DNA of 64,000 nt from Parcubacteria group bacterium GW2011_GWA2_40_23 (GCA_000996245.1 LBYP01000003.1:9509-73508); one strand, 5' to 3'; shown: positions 18,933-27,838, counted from the first letter of the stretch. Notes: generated by a model from the letters alone, not told the origin. Made by a program: numbers and translations.

Positions 18933-20039
18933 ATGGCACACGAAAAAATAGATTTAACAAAAAAAGAGCCAGTTACGGTTGAGCCAGAAGAAGGCGAAGC
19001 ACAGGTTTGGGTTCAAGCGCAACCGCCCTGGGAAGATTTCGCTTCAGTCAATGTTGATGAAGACGCCAAAAGAAAAGAAGCCACACCAGAACAGGCTAAA
19101 GAAATGGACAAACGGATGGCGGAACTTGGCGTCGCTTTTGCAGGATCAAAATTAAATTGGCATTTGGATGGAGCTTTAAATATTTCATTATTAGCGGGAA
19201 AATATATTGGTTATCACAAAGACGTTGATGTGTCAGTCGAGCAAGGAGAGTTAGCACAACTTGAAGCTCAACTTTTTGACCATGGTTATGGTCTTTTTTT
19301 GTCTAGTACCAACGAAGAAACAGGTGAACGTCAATTACGCCGCGTGGGATTTAAAGTTTTTCAAGATTCTGAAAAAGAACATATGCTGATTGCAGCCATT
19401 GATGAACGCAGAAAGTTGCGCGAGGATAAGGCTTTGAATTTCGTAGATGTTCATGTGTTAGCTAGAAATGAGGCGGGGCTAGCCTTAGGTTGTTTGGATG
19501 TAGTAATCCCCGAAAAGTGGACCAAACCATATCCAGTTGAATTCAACGGCCAACAAATAAATTTATCGCATCCAGGGAAAGTACTTTATTATAAATTACA
19601 TCAAGACAGAAATTATGATGTGACTGACGTTGAGCGGCTTATTAAAACAGGAAATTTAATGGTTGAAGATGTTGATGATGTCGGCGAAGTTTATGAAAAA
19701 GAATTTAAGGCAAATTTAGCAAGAGCACGTAAACGTTTTGCCCCAATCTCAGCAGAAATAAAATCTGGCACAACAGCAGAACAAATTGCTCAATTATTTT
19801 TTAATGATGAAGAATTTTCTCGCGCCGGCGAAGCGACAAGGCCGGCTTTTGTGGAATTGGGCAAGCAACTTATTGCTTCTGGCGATACTTCTGTCGAGAA
19901 TATGATAAAAATTGCTGTGGGCATATTCAAAGCCGAGGAACAAAACGATCAAATACGGGAGAAGATTGCAAAAATTAGGAAAGATGTTGAGGTGCAGGCG
20001 GAGTTGAAAAATGTTCGAGAGCAAATGTCTAAATCATGA
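18933..20039 (+). CDS. Lnu/ANT(2'')-like nucleotidyltransferase-domain protein with N- and C-terminal extensions
   Basis: NWHLDGALNISLLAGKYIGYHKDVDVSV resembles the lincosamide nucleotidyltransferase motif YWLDGGWGVDVL..HRDIDID. 368 aa. Confidence 0.4.
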   Translation: MAHEKIDLTKKEPVTVEPEEGEAQVWVQAQPPWEDFASVNVDEDAKRKEATPEQAKEMDKRMAELGVAFAGSKLNWHLDGALNISLLAGKYIGYHKDVDVSVEQGELAQLEAQLFDHGYGLFLSSTNEETGERQLRRVGFKVFQDSEKEHMLIAAIDERRKLREDKALNFVDVHVLARNEAGLALGCLDVVIPEKWTKPYPVEFNGQQINLSHPGKVLYYKLHQDRNYDVTDVERLIKTGNLMVEDVDDVGEVYEKEFKANLARARKRFAPISAEIKSGTTAEQIAQLFFNDEEFSRAGEATRPAFVELGKQLIASGDTSVENMIKIAVGIFKAEEQNDQIREKIAKIRKDVEVQAELKNVREQMSKS

Positions 20040-20319
20040 TTTTTGTGATTATATGATTGCCATGATTAAGATAGGTTGTTGTATCGGAAAAAGTTTGAAA
20101 TCATAATTATCATAAAAATCATAGTTAATCATAGTAATGGTAGTGTGCTTGAGTGAAATCATGGTAATCACAAAAATCATAGTTAATCATAGTAATGGTA
20201 GTGTACTTGAGTGAAATCATGGTAATCACAAAAATCATAGTTAATCATAGTAATGGTAGTGTTCCTGAGTAAAATCATGGTAATCATTTAATCATGTAAT
20301 CATAGTAAGCGAAGCGCAC
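20040..20319. repeat. array 1 of the ~58-bp tandem repeat (AAATCATGGTAATCACAAAAATCATAGTTAATCATAGTAATGGT plus a 14-17-nt semi-variable GC-richer segment), ~4 units
   Basis: The direct repeats can be read directly in the sequence. Further arrays at 21373-21651, 21934-22036, 23521-23794 and 24329-24621. Confidence 0.9.
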
Positions 20320-20889
20320 ATGCTCAAACAAATTGATCTTAATCAAAACAAAGTCGATTATACTCTTAAAGTCAGTAAACGTTCACGTCGACTGCGACTC
20401 GCAGTATATTGTGATGGTCAACTTGTTGTTACTGCCCCCAGATTCATGAGTCTACATTACGTCGAAGCGTTTATTTTACAAAAAGCTCAGTGGATTTTGA
20501 GTCGAATAGACTATTTTAAGAAATTTCCAGGCAAAGCCTTGGGGCGTTTAACGAAAAAAGATTATTTTGAACACAAAGCACCGGCCTTGATGCTTGTCCA
20601 GACTCGAATAGCGCACTTCAATCAATTCTATAATGTTAAAATAAACAGGATCAGCATTAAAAATCAAAAAACACGTTGGGGTTCGTGTTCCAAAAAAGGT
20701 AATTTGAACTTTAATTATAAAATAGTCTTAATGCCAACAGAAATGGCGGATTATATTATTGTACATGAGCTCTGTCATCTGATAGAATTTAATCATTCAC
20801 GTAACTTCTGGGTTTTAGTCGCGAGGACTATACCAAGTCATTTGAAAATACGTAGGGAATTAAGAAAAGGGAACTTTAAAATTATTTAG
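20320..20889 (+). CDS. YgjP-like metal-dependent hydrolase (DUF45/WLM-like, HExxH)
   Basis: WGSCS, then HELCHLIEFNHS. 189 aa. Confidence 0.65.
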   Translation: MLKQIDLNQNKVDYTLKVSKRSRRLRLAVYCDGQLVVTAPRFMSLHYVEAFILQKAQWILSRIDYFKKFPGKALGRLTKKDYFEHKAPALMLVQTRIAHFNQFYNVKINRISIKNQKTRWGSCSKKGNLNFNYKIVLMPTEMADYIIVHELCHLIEFNHSRNFWVLVARTIPSHLKIRRELRKGNFKII

Positions 20890-20958
20890 CATCGGGAAAA
20901 CTCGTCTAGATTATGCTTTTCATAATTATTTGATTACCATGATTAGGAAGAGAAAATC

Positions 20959-21372
20959 ATGATAAACGAAAAATATCCCGAGAGCGAATTAACTGAAAAA
21001 ATAATAGGTTGTACCATGGAGGTGCACAAGTATTTTGGTAATGGTTTTCAGGAAGTTATTTACCAAAGAGCATTGGCTATTGAAATGAGATCTCGGGGGC
21101 TGGTCTTTAGTCGCGAACATGAAATGGATATTTATTACAAAGGTACGCATATTGGAACAAGACGTGTCGATTTCTTTGTAGAAGATAAAATAATGGTTGA
21201 GTTGAAAGCCGTAATTACGCTAGAAGATGTTCATCTCGCACAAGCGCTAAATTATTTAGAAGCGTATAATATGGAAATAGGACTGTTGATAAATTTTGGA
21301 TCAAAAAGTTTAACATTTAGAAGGTTGATGAAGAAGAAACGAAAAATTAATCCATCGGAAAAACTCGTCTAA
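20959..21372 (+). CDS. GxxExxY-family protein (PD-(D/E)XK nuclease superfamily)
   Basis: GNGFQEVIYQRAL and EL...D core motifs. 137 aa. The C-terminal codons (PSEKLV) are encoded by the conserved repeat-boundary motif. Confidence 0.65.
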   Translation: MINEKYPESELTEKIIGCTMEVHKYFGNGFQEVIYQRALAIEMRSRGLVFSREHEMDIYYKGTHIGTRRVDFFVEDKIMVELKAVITLEDVHLAQALNYLEAYNMEIGLLINFGSKSLTFRRLMKKKRKINPSEKLV

Positions 21373-21651
21373 ATCATGATTTTTGTGATTATATGATTAC
21401 CATGATTACAACAAGCAGCTTTGTTGTGAAATCACAGTCATCATAAGAATCATAGTTAATCATAGTAATGGTGCTGTCCTCGAGCTAAATCATAGTAATC
21501 ACACAAATCATAGTTAATCATAGTAATGGTGGTGAGGTGCTCGAGCGAAATCATGGTAATCATCTAAATCATAGTTAATCATAGTAATGGTAGTTGGGTG
21601 AATAAATTAAAATCATAGTTATCATTTAATTATAGTAATCATAGACAAAGT
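21373..21651. repeat. array 2 of the ~58-bp AATCATAGT tandem repeat (~4 units)
   Basis: Direct reading of the sequence. Confidence 0.9.
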
Positions 21652-21933
21652 ATGGAAAACACAAATGTGAATCAACCGGTAGTCGAGAAAAAATCGTCGC
21701 ATAAAGTTCTTTGGGGTGTGTTGTGCTTAATTGTTCCTTTCTTGTTGTTTGTTCTGACCTTAAGTGCCTACGCTATTGTTGCCTTTATATCTCAGCAATC
21801 TGCCGTTGAGCCTACTGATACGATACAAAAGGTACAAATGGGTTTAGGTATTTTTGGCATGGTAGACTTTCTTGCTTTCATCGTAGGCATTCCTGTGGGC
21901 ATTGTTTTGTTAGTGAAGAGTAAGAAATCTTAG
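21652..21933 (+). CDS. small membrane protein (2 TM helices)
   Basis: 93 aa, two hydrophobic helices, flanked by repeat arrays. Confidence 0.4.
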   Translation: MENTNVNQPVVEKKSSHKVLWGVLCLIVPFLLFVLTLSAYAIVAFISQQSAVEPTDTIQKVQMGLGIFGMVDFLAFIVGIPVGIVLLVKSKKS

Positions 21934-22036
21934 TTTATAATTTAATCATGGTAATCATATAAATCATGTTAATCATAGTAATGGTGTTTGAGCGAAAATC
22001 ATAGTAATCACATAAATCATAGTTAATCATAGCTTT
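21934..22036. repeat. array 3 of the AATCATAGT tandem repeat (~1.5 units)
   Basis: Direct reading of the sequence. Confidence 0.85.
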
Positions 22037-22666
22037 ATGACGGTTTGGGATAACATCTACAAAAATTATCAAAAAGGCGGCGACGCTTGGGCAACTCTTT
22101 CGGAAGAAATTCACCCTCTATTTAAAGAATTTTTGGAGAAAGAGAATTTTGATCTTAAAAGTATTTTTGATATTGGCTGTGGAACCGGTAAATATTTAGA
22201 ATTTTTAAAAGCTTATGGTTTTAAAACAGATGGAATTGATTCGAGTGAAACAGCAGTTGAAATGACAAAAGAAAAGCTTAGTTCCGATTCTGTTGTCACT
22301 TGTACTAACATGTTTGAGTTTGCTATCCCGCAAAATAAATATGATTTAGTTATTTCTATTGCTACAATTCATCACGGGACCAAGAAACAAGTTCAGGGTT
22401 TGATCAATAAAGTTTATGCGGTATTAGTCGAAAGTGGTAAAATCTTTATGACCTTGCCCGATATTGAAAGCACCAAGAAATGGAATACCTTTAAAGATCA
22501 TAAAGAAGTCGCGCCAGGAACCTTTGAACCACTGGCTGGTCCGGAACAGGGTTTGCCACACAGTTTTTATGCCAAAGAAGAAATTGAAGAATTGTTTTCA
22601 CGATTTACAAATGTGCAGATAGATTTGGATGATAGAGGGCGGTGGATTATAAGAGGAATAAAATAA
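22037..22666 (+). CDS. class I SAM-dependent methyltransferase
   Basis: Motif I DIGCGTGKYLEFL. 209 aa. Confidence 0.65.
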   Translation: MTVWDNIYKNYQKGGDAWATLSEEIHPLFKEFLEKENFDLKSIFDIGCGTGKYLEFLKAYGFKTDGIDSSETAVEMTKEKLSSDSVVTCTNMFEFAIPQNKYDLVISIATIHHGTKKQVQGLINKVYAVLVESGKIFMTLPDIESTKKWNTFKDHKEVAPGTFEPLAGPEQGLPHSFYAKEEIEELFSRFTNVQIDLDDRGRWIIRGIK

Positions 22667-23520
22667 CAAATATGAGTCAATTTGATTTTCCACCACAAGA
22701 AAAGCCTCTAGGTGAGTCAGGTGCGACAATTAGTGTAGAAATTCTTGAGCAGATTAAAGAAGATTTGCGTGATTTATTTCGTAGTGCCGATGATCCAACT
22801 GCTATATTATTACAAACTATGGAATCTGAAGAATTTAAAGCAGTAGTCCCATCCGAACTGATTAATGATGTGAGAGAGAGACTACAAGCACTTACCTTTG
22901 AGAATGAAGATGATTTCGTAACTAAAGTAATTAGTGTTATAACGCCGGTATTAAAAATAACAAAACGAGGGAAAACGGATATTATTAAACAAGTTGGAAG
23001 AGAAATGTTTACACCGGCTGATATAGAAGCAACAAGTGCTATTATTAAAGAAAGCGGTGCAAAAAAAATTTATGTCGTGGGGAACACTGGGTCTGGCAAA
23101 ACAACCTTTGCGAGGGAACTTTCTCGAGAAGTTGCTTACAAAAACATAGACATAGATCAGTGGTTTCAAATTTTTCGCCAAGAACAAAAACACGAAGCGA
23201 CAGGTTTGAAGGAACTTGTAGCTTATATTCTTGAAAAAGAGAAGCCGCCTTTTATTATTAACCATGCCGATTTATTAAGACAAGATTTAATTGAAGATGC
23301 TGATTTAGTAGTTTTTCTTAATCCTAAAAAAGAAGAACAATTGAAAAGTCATCAACTGCGAACTGAAAGTGGTGCCGAGGGAGAATGGAAAAATGTCAGC
23401 ACCGATGATTACGAGCTAATTGCGGCACAAAATATTGCTAAATTAGAACTTTTAGGAGGAGAAATTAAATATCAGAATGAAAAATCTGGGACTTCTGTTC
23501 TTGTGATAGGATCCAATTAG
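22642..23520 (+). CDS. P-loop NTPase (kinase/AAA-like) with an N-terminal extension
   Basis: Walker A VVGNTGSGKTTFARELS. Overlaps the upstream methyltransferase by 25 nt. Confidence 0.5.
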   Translation: MDYKRNKITNMSQFDFPPQEKPLGESGATISVEILEQIKEDLRDLFRSADDPTAILLQTMESEEFKAVVPSELINDVRERLQALTFENEDDFVTKVISVITPVLKITKRGKTDIIKQVGREMFTPADIEATSAIIKESGAKKIYVVGNTGSGKTTFARELSREVAYKNIDIDQWFQIFRQEQKHEATGLKELVAYILEKEKPPFIINHADLLRQDLIEDADLVVFLNPKKEEQLKSHQLRTESGAEGEWKNVSTDDYELIAAQNIAKLELLGGEIKYQNEKSGTSVLVIGSN

Positions 23521-23794
23521 GTTTTATCTTTTTCTAAGGAATATGACCAAATAAATTTTTGTGCTATTTCTGAAGAAGTTTTTCATGATTAAAAAATCAT
23601 AGCCCATCAAATAATCATAGTAATGGTGCTTGAGCGAAATCATAGTCCATCATTTAATCATAGTTAATCATAGTAATGGTGGCTGTGTGTTCGAGCGAAA
23701 TCATAGTAATCACACAAATCATAGTTAATCATAGTAATAGTGCTGTCCTCGATCTAAATCATAGTCATCACATAAATCATAGTTAATCATAGTA
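23521..23794. repeat. array 4 of the AATCATAGT tandem repeat (~4 units)
   Basis: Direct reading of the sequence. Confidence 0.9.
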
Positions 23795-24328
23795 ATGGTC
23801 ACAATCACAAAAGCTCACCCAGGCGCCGAAAAGCAGATTTCTGCTTTAGCCGATGATTATTGTCTAAAAGATAAAACAGAAAAAATCAGTAATTCTGGTT
23901 TTATTGTTTTTCCTAAACCGCCAGCCAAGTTTTTGAAGCGGATTAATCATTGTCAGTATTTTTATGTGGCTAAAGAAGGGCACAAGTTAGTGGGATATTT
24001 ATTGGCTTATACATTGAAAGAAATGGAAGATCTGAATGAAAACTTTTCTTATTTTGATGATCTCAAAAATGCGAGCGAAGGCAAGGATATAGTTTTTTTA
24101 GATCAAATAGTAGTTAGTCGAGAGTATACTGGTCGTGGTCTTGGACAAAACTTATTAGATCATTTACTAAGCAACTTGAAGGATAAACATGTTTTTGGAT
24201 TTATACTTCATGCACCAACTAGAAATCAAAGATCGATAAATTTTTTTCAATCAAAAAACAACTGGCAGTTAATTAAAGAAGTAAGTATCGAAGGCATGCT
24301 CTGTGGGCTTTACGGTTTCAAATATTAG
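23795..24328 (+). CDS. GNAT-family N-acetyltransferase
   Basis: VVSREYTGRGLGQNLLDHLL (acetyl-CoA binding motif). The ATG lies inside the last repeat unit (TAATGGTCAC). Confidence 0.55.
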   Translation: MVTITKAHPGAEKQISALADDYCLKDKTEKISNSGFIVFPKPPAKFLKRINHCQYFYVAKEGHKLVGYLLAYTLKEMEDLNENFSYFDDLKNASEGKDIVFLDQIVVSREYTGRGLGQNLLDHLLSNLKDKHVFGFILHAPTRNQRSINFFQSKNNWQLIKEVSIEGMLCGLYGFKY

Positions 24329-24621
24329 TTGATAGAAAATCATGGTAATCATTTAATCATAGTTAATCATAGTAATGGTGGCGTTCCTGAGCTAAATCAT
24401 GGCAATCATTAAATCATAGTTAATCATAGTAAGGGTGCTGTTCCCGAGCTAAATCATAGTCATCACAGAAATCATAGTTAATCATAGTAATGGTGCTGTT
24501 CTCGAGCTAAATCATGGCAATCATTAAATCATAGTTAATTATGGTAATGGTGATGTGTCTGAGCTAAATCATGGTAATCACACAAATCATAGTTAATCAT
24601 AGTCCCGATAGTTAAGTTTTT
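24329..24621. repeat. array 5 of the AATCATAGT tandem repeat (~5 units)
   Basis: Direct reading of the sequence. Confidence 0.9.
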
Positions 24622-25131
24622 ATGAACATACTTTTATTAATCATTTTTATCTTCGCCATCACCTTCGCCTACGCTGGCATTCGTGGCGCACCTTGGGCAC
24701 CAACGAAAAAAAATGATGTACCGCGATTCTTAGAATTAGCTGATATCAAGGGTGGCGAAAAGGTTTATGATTTAGGTTGCGGTGACGGTCGTTTGCTTTT
24801 CGCAGCAGCAGAAAAAGGCGCGGAGGTCATTGGCTATGAGATTTCTTTGTTGCCTTATTTGATTGCGAAGATTAAGCAGTTTTCATTTGTGAAAAAAGAG
24901 CATACTCGGATATTTTTTAAAGATTTTTGGCATGTTAATTTAGCTGAGGCTGATCTTGTTTATTTTTTTCTTATGCCCAAAATTTATGACAAACTTAAAG
25001 CTAAGTTTGAAAAAGAATTAAAACCAGGTAGTCGCGTTATTGCTTATGTTTGGCCGATTGAGGGTTGGACACCGATTAAGGTTAGTACTCTCGAAAATGC
25101 ACAAAAGATTTATCTTTATAAAATAAAATAA
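24622..25131 (+). CDS. membrane-anchored small methyltransferase-like protein
   Basis: N-terminal TM helix, then YDLGCGDGRLL. 169 aa. Paralogous to ORF 26344-26904. Confidence 0.5.
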   Translation: MNILLLIIFIFAITFAYAGIRGAPWAPTKKNDVPRFLELADIKGGEKVYDLGCGDGRLLFAAAEKGAEVIGYEISLLPYLIAKIKQFSFVKKEHTRIFFKDFWHVNLAEADLVYFFLMPKIYDKLKAKFEKELKPGSRVIAYVWPIEGWTPIKVSTLENAQKIYLYKIK

Positions 25132-25153
25132 AATAAAATAATTAATTGACCAA

Positions 25154-26347
25154 ATGGAAAAAGGAAATAAATATTGTCATGATTGTGGCCAACCAAAAGT
25201 TGAACACATTAATACCTGGATGGAAGAATTGCTAGGTCGTGTTTTGCCATCATTAAAATTACCAAAAAAGTTGGAAGAAATTTCTGATATTATTATTGAA
25301 AAGATTTTTACTCTTTCGAAATTGGCGAGGTTTACAACTGATTTTACTTCGGCAGACATTCAACTCCGCTCATCTTGTTTTATGGCTGAAATGAGGCCAC
25401 GCGGCGCAGTTTTTTATGCTACTAAAACTTCTTATGGCTTTACTAATTATTTTAAAATGGAAGTTGCAGATAAAATTTTTAGGTTCGAGACATTACCCCT
25501 AGCAAAGTTCGAAAGTAAATACCCCGCGAAGCTTGTGGATGACAAAGAATTAGCCAAACGTCACTGCCAAAACGGAGGTTTTCCCATAGCCGAAGGACGG
25601 GTTTTTTGGTTTTGGCAGAAAAAGAAGGCCATGGAATTTGCTCGTCAAGTCGGTTTCCCTTTGGTTGTTAAACCGCGCAGTGGCTCTGTCAGTCGTCACG
25701 TCACAACCAATATACAAAATGACGAGCAGCTAGAAAAAGCTATTCGTCATAGCATCAGTTATTCTCCATCTTTTATTATTGAAAGATTTATGGCTGATAC
25801 TTCAGTGTATAGAGCCACAGTAATTGATTTTGATTTTGTGGCCTGTATTAAACAGGTGCCCGCAAATATTGTCGGCGATGGGATATCGACTATACGTGAA
25901 CTCATCAATCAAAAGAATAATGATTCACGTAGGGGTGACCCAAAACAAAAGCAATTAACGCTTTATAAATTGGTGGAAAATGAAACGACCCAAAAGTTAT
26001 TAGATGAAAAAATGTATGACGATGGTACTATTTTAGCAAAGGACGAGAGTTTCTTTCTACAAAACAATCCATTTTTGAAACTTGGTGGTGATCTTGTTGA
26101 AGTTACGCCTATTGTTCATCCGGACAATCTGCAATTATTTAGAGACTTGGCGCGTCATTTTGATATTCGTTTAACAGGGATAGACTTTTTGGTGAATGAT
26201 ATTTCAGTCTCCTGGAAAGATCAACCTTGCGCAATTCTAGAATTAAACAGTGCACCTTGCATTGAGTTACATCATTATCCATCTTCTGGGGAGCCGACCA
26301 ACCCGGCTGGCGCCTTGGCAGATATGTTTTTTAAATATTACCTATGA
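25154..26347 (+). CDS. ATP-grasp ligase (cyanophycin-synthetase-N-domain/RimK-like) with an N-terminal CxxC region
   Basis: GFPLVVKPRSGSVSRHV and ILELNSAPCIELHHYPSSGEPTNPAGALADMF. 397 aa. Confidence 0.55.
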   Translation: MEKGNKYCHDCGQPKVEHINTWMEELLGRVLPSLKLPKKLEEISDIIIEKIFTLSKLARFTTDFTSADIQLRSSCFMAEMRPRGAVFYATKTSYGFTNYFKMEVADKIFRFETLPLAKFESKYPAKLVDDKELAKRHCQNGGFPIAEGRVFWFWQKKKAMEFARQVGFPLVVKPRSGSVSRHVTTNIQNDEQLEKAIRHSISYSPSFIIERFMADTSVYRATVIDFDFVACIKQVPANIVGDGISTIRELINQKNNDSRRGDPKQKQLTLYKLVENETTQKLLDEKMYDDGTILAKDESFFLQNNPFLKLGGDLVEVTPIVHPDNLQLFRDLARHFDIRLTGIDFLVNDISVSWKDQPCAILELNSAPCIELHHYPSSGEPTNPAGALADMFFKYYL

Positions 26348-26904
26348 TAAGTTTATTTTTTTCAGTTTTTTTGGCAGCCATTATTGTTATTCTGTTCATC
26401 TTTTGGTTGATTTTTATGGTCGATTCTGTTACTCGCGGACATGACTTACCAACGGGACGAAATCAAAGAAAAGAAATCTTTAAAATTATTTCAGAACAGA
26501 AGACAGCTCAAACTTTTTATGATTTAGGTTGTGCACACGGGGCATTGGCTGTGCGGATAAAAGGGAAATTTCCAGCTTTGTCAGTTTATGCCATTGATAT
26601 GGGCTCAGTACGTATCTTCTTTGCTAAAATCAGGGCGTTTGTTTTAAGAAAAAAAGTAAATTTTATTTGTGCTGACATTTTCAATGTTGACTTAAGCCAA
26701 GCTGATATTGTCTACACCTACCTTTGGTATGATATTATGCCAGCCTTAGAAAAAAAGCTTCAAAAAGAATTAAAACCTGGTGCGATTGTCGTTACGAATA
26801 CTTCAAGTTTTCTGAATTGGAAACCAATAAAAGAAATAGCCCCACCGGACAAAGCTTCGCAAAAAGTAAATATTGAAACTTTGTTTGTCTATCGAAAAGA
26901 ATAA
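26344..26904 (+). CDS. membrane-anchored small methyltransferase-like protein (paralog of 24622-25131)
   Basis: N-terminal TM, YDLGCAHGAL, shared LKPG and DIVY motifs. ATGA overlap with the ATP-grasp gene. Confidence 0.5.
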   Translation: MISLFFSVFLAAIIVILFIFWLIFMVDSVTRGHDLPTGRNQRKEIFKIISEQKTAQTFYDLGCAHGALAVRIKGKFPALSVYAIDMGSVRIFFAKIRAFVLRKKVNFICADIFNVDLSQADIVYTYLWYDIMPALEKKLQKELKPGAIVVTNTSSFLNWKPIKEIAPPDKASQKVNIETLFVYRKE

Positions 26905-26905
26905 A

Positions 26906-26946
26906 AAAACCCCGCTAACAGTGTCGACCGAAAGCGGGTTTTTTAT
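26906..26946 (+). terminator. rho-independent terminator closing the accessory block
   Basis: AAAAACCCCGC...GCGGG hairpin followed by TTTTTTAT. Confidence 0.6.
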
Positions 26947-27016
26947 TTCCAATTGTCGCGAAGAGAGCGGCTTGCCCTGAAGTCAAACGCAGTTTGTACT
27001 TCAGGGGCGTTGTTGT

Positions 27017-27838
27017 CTATTCCAGCGGTCCGAAGCTGAGATCTTCGCCGCAGTAGGGACAGTTCTTGACCGCACCGGGCAGGCAGGCGAGCTTCGTCTG
27101 TTTTGCCCTCGGACCGGAGATGTCGATCCAGATGAGCGGTTCACCTTCGGGCGACCAGACGATCCTGTCGACCAGCCTGGTGAATCTGGGGAAGCCGCCT
27201 TGCTTCGGGGTGAGGCTGGCTTGGGCTTCGAGCGCCCGCATGTTTTTGCAGCGATGCAGGTAGCTGCCATCGGGATGGAGGGTCCAGACCGCGTTGTGCA
27301 GTTCCCACTCTTTTTGGAGCAGTTCGATGTACGCCCCGTGATCGAAGCCCAGGTGCGTAGGTACTTCGAACAAGGGGATGAACATGGGATTGACTTGAAG
27401 TGTGTTCAGCCATTTTAGCTCGGGCTTGGTTTCCAGGTCGAGGCGCAGGACCATCGAAAGCCGCCGCTTGTCTGTGCGCTTATCGCGATACAGATCCGAG
27501 TGGAAGTACTGCTTGGCCCAGAGCTTGGGGTCTATCTCGAGACCGAAAGTTGCGGCCAGACGCGTGGCTGTCTGGTTGATGTCATGGTCGCAGAGGCTTT
27601 CTTCGACAGCTGGTTTGCTGACAAAGCTGCGACGCTGACTGACTAAATTCCCGGTTGCGAACTCGGTCGTAGGCAGACAGTGCAAGTGCATCGGCAGGTT
27701 CACCAGGGACTCGAATTTGGGCAGAACGAGCAGGATCTCTGGGGTCTTGGTCCGGAACTTGCGGGTTACCATGATGGACAGGTCTAGCACCAGTGGTGTG
27801 AGTCTTGCTTTCTTGCTTGTCATGATGGGCTCCTTCAT
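27017..27838 (-). CDS. hypothetical protein with a C-terminal CPYC zinc ribbon, in a high-GC island (~55% GC)
   Basis: 273 aa, GC3-rich codons, ends ...CLPGAVKNCPYCGEDLSFGPLE. Confidence 0.45.
   Translation of the reverse strand: MKEPIMTSKKARLTPLVLDLSIMVTRKFRTKTPEILLVLPKFESLVNLPMHLHCLPTTEFATGNLVSQRRSFVSKPAVEESLCDHDINQTATRLAATFGLEIDPKLWAKQYFHSDLYRDKRTDKRRLSMVLRLDLETKPELKWLNTLQVNPMFIPLFEVPTHLGFDHGAYIELLQKEWELHNAVWTLHPDGSYLHRCKNMRALEAQASLTPKQGGFPRFTRLVDRIVWSPEGEPLIWIDISGPRAKQTKLACLPGAVKNCPYCGEDLSFGPLE

Noticed and set aside
20040-24621. Possible CRISPR arrays, given the regular direct repeats with short intervening segments
   Set aside because: The intervening segments are only 14-17 nt and are themselves semi-conserved, so they are not unique spacers. 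The conserved unit is 44 nt and AT-rich with internal sub-repeats. The arrays are split into five blocks, each sitting between genes. There is no cas gene, leader or spacer diversity.
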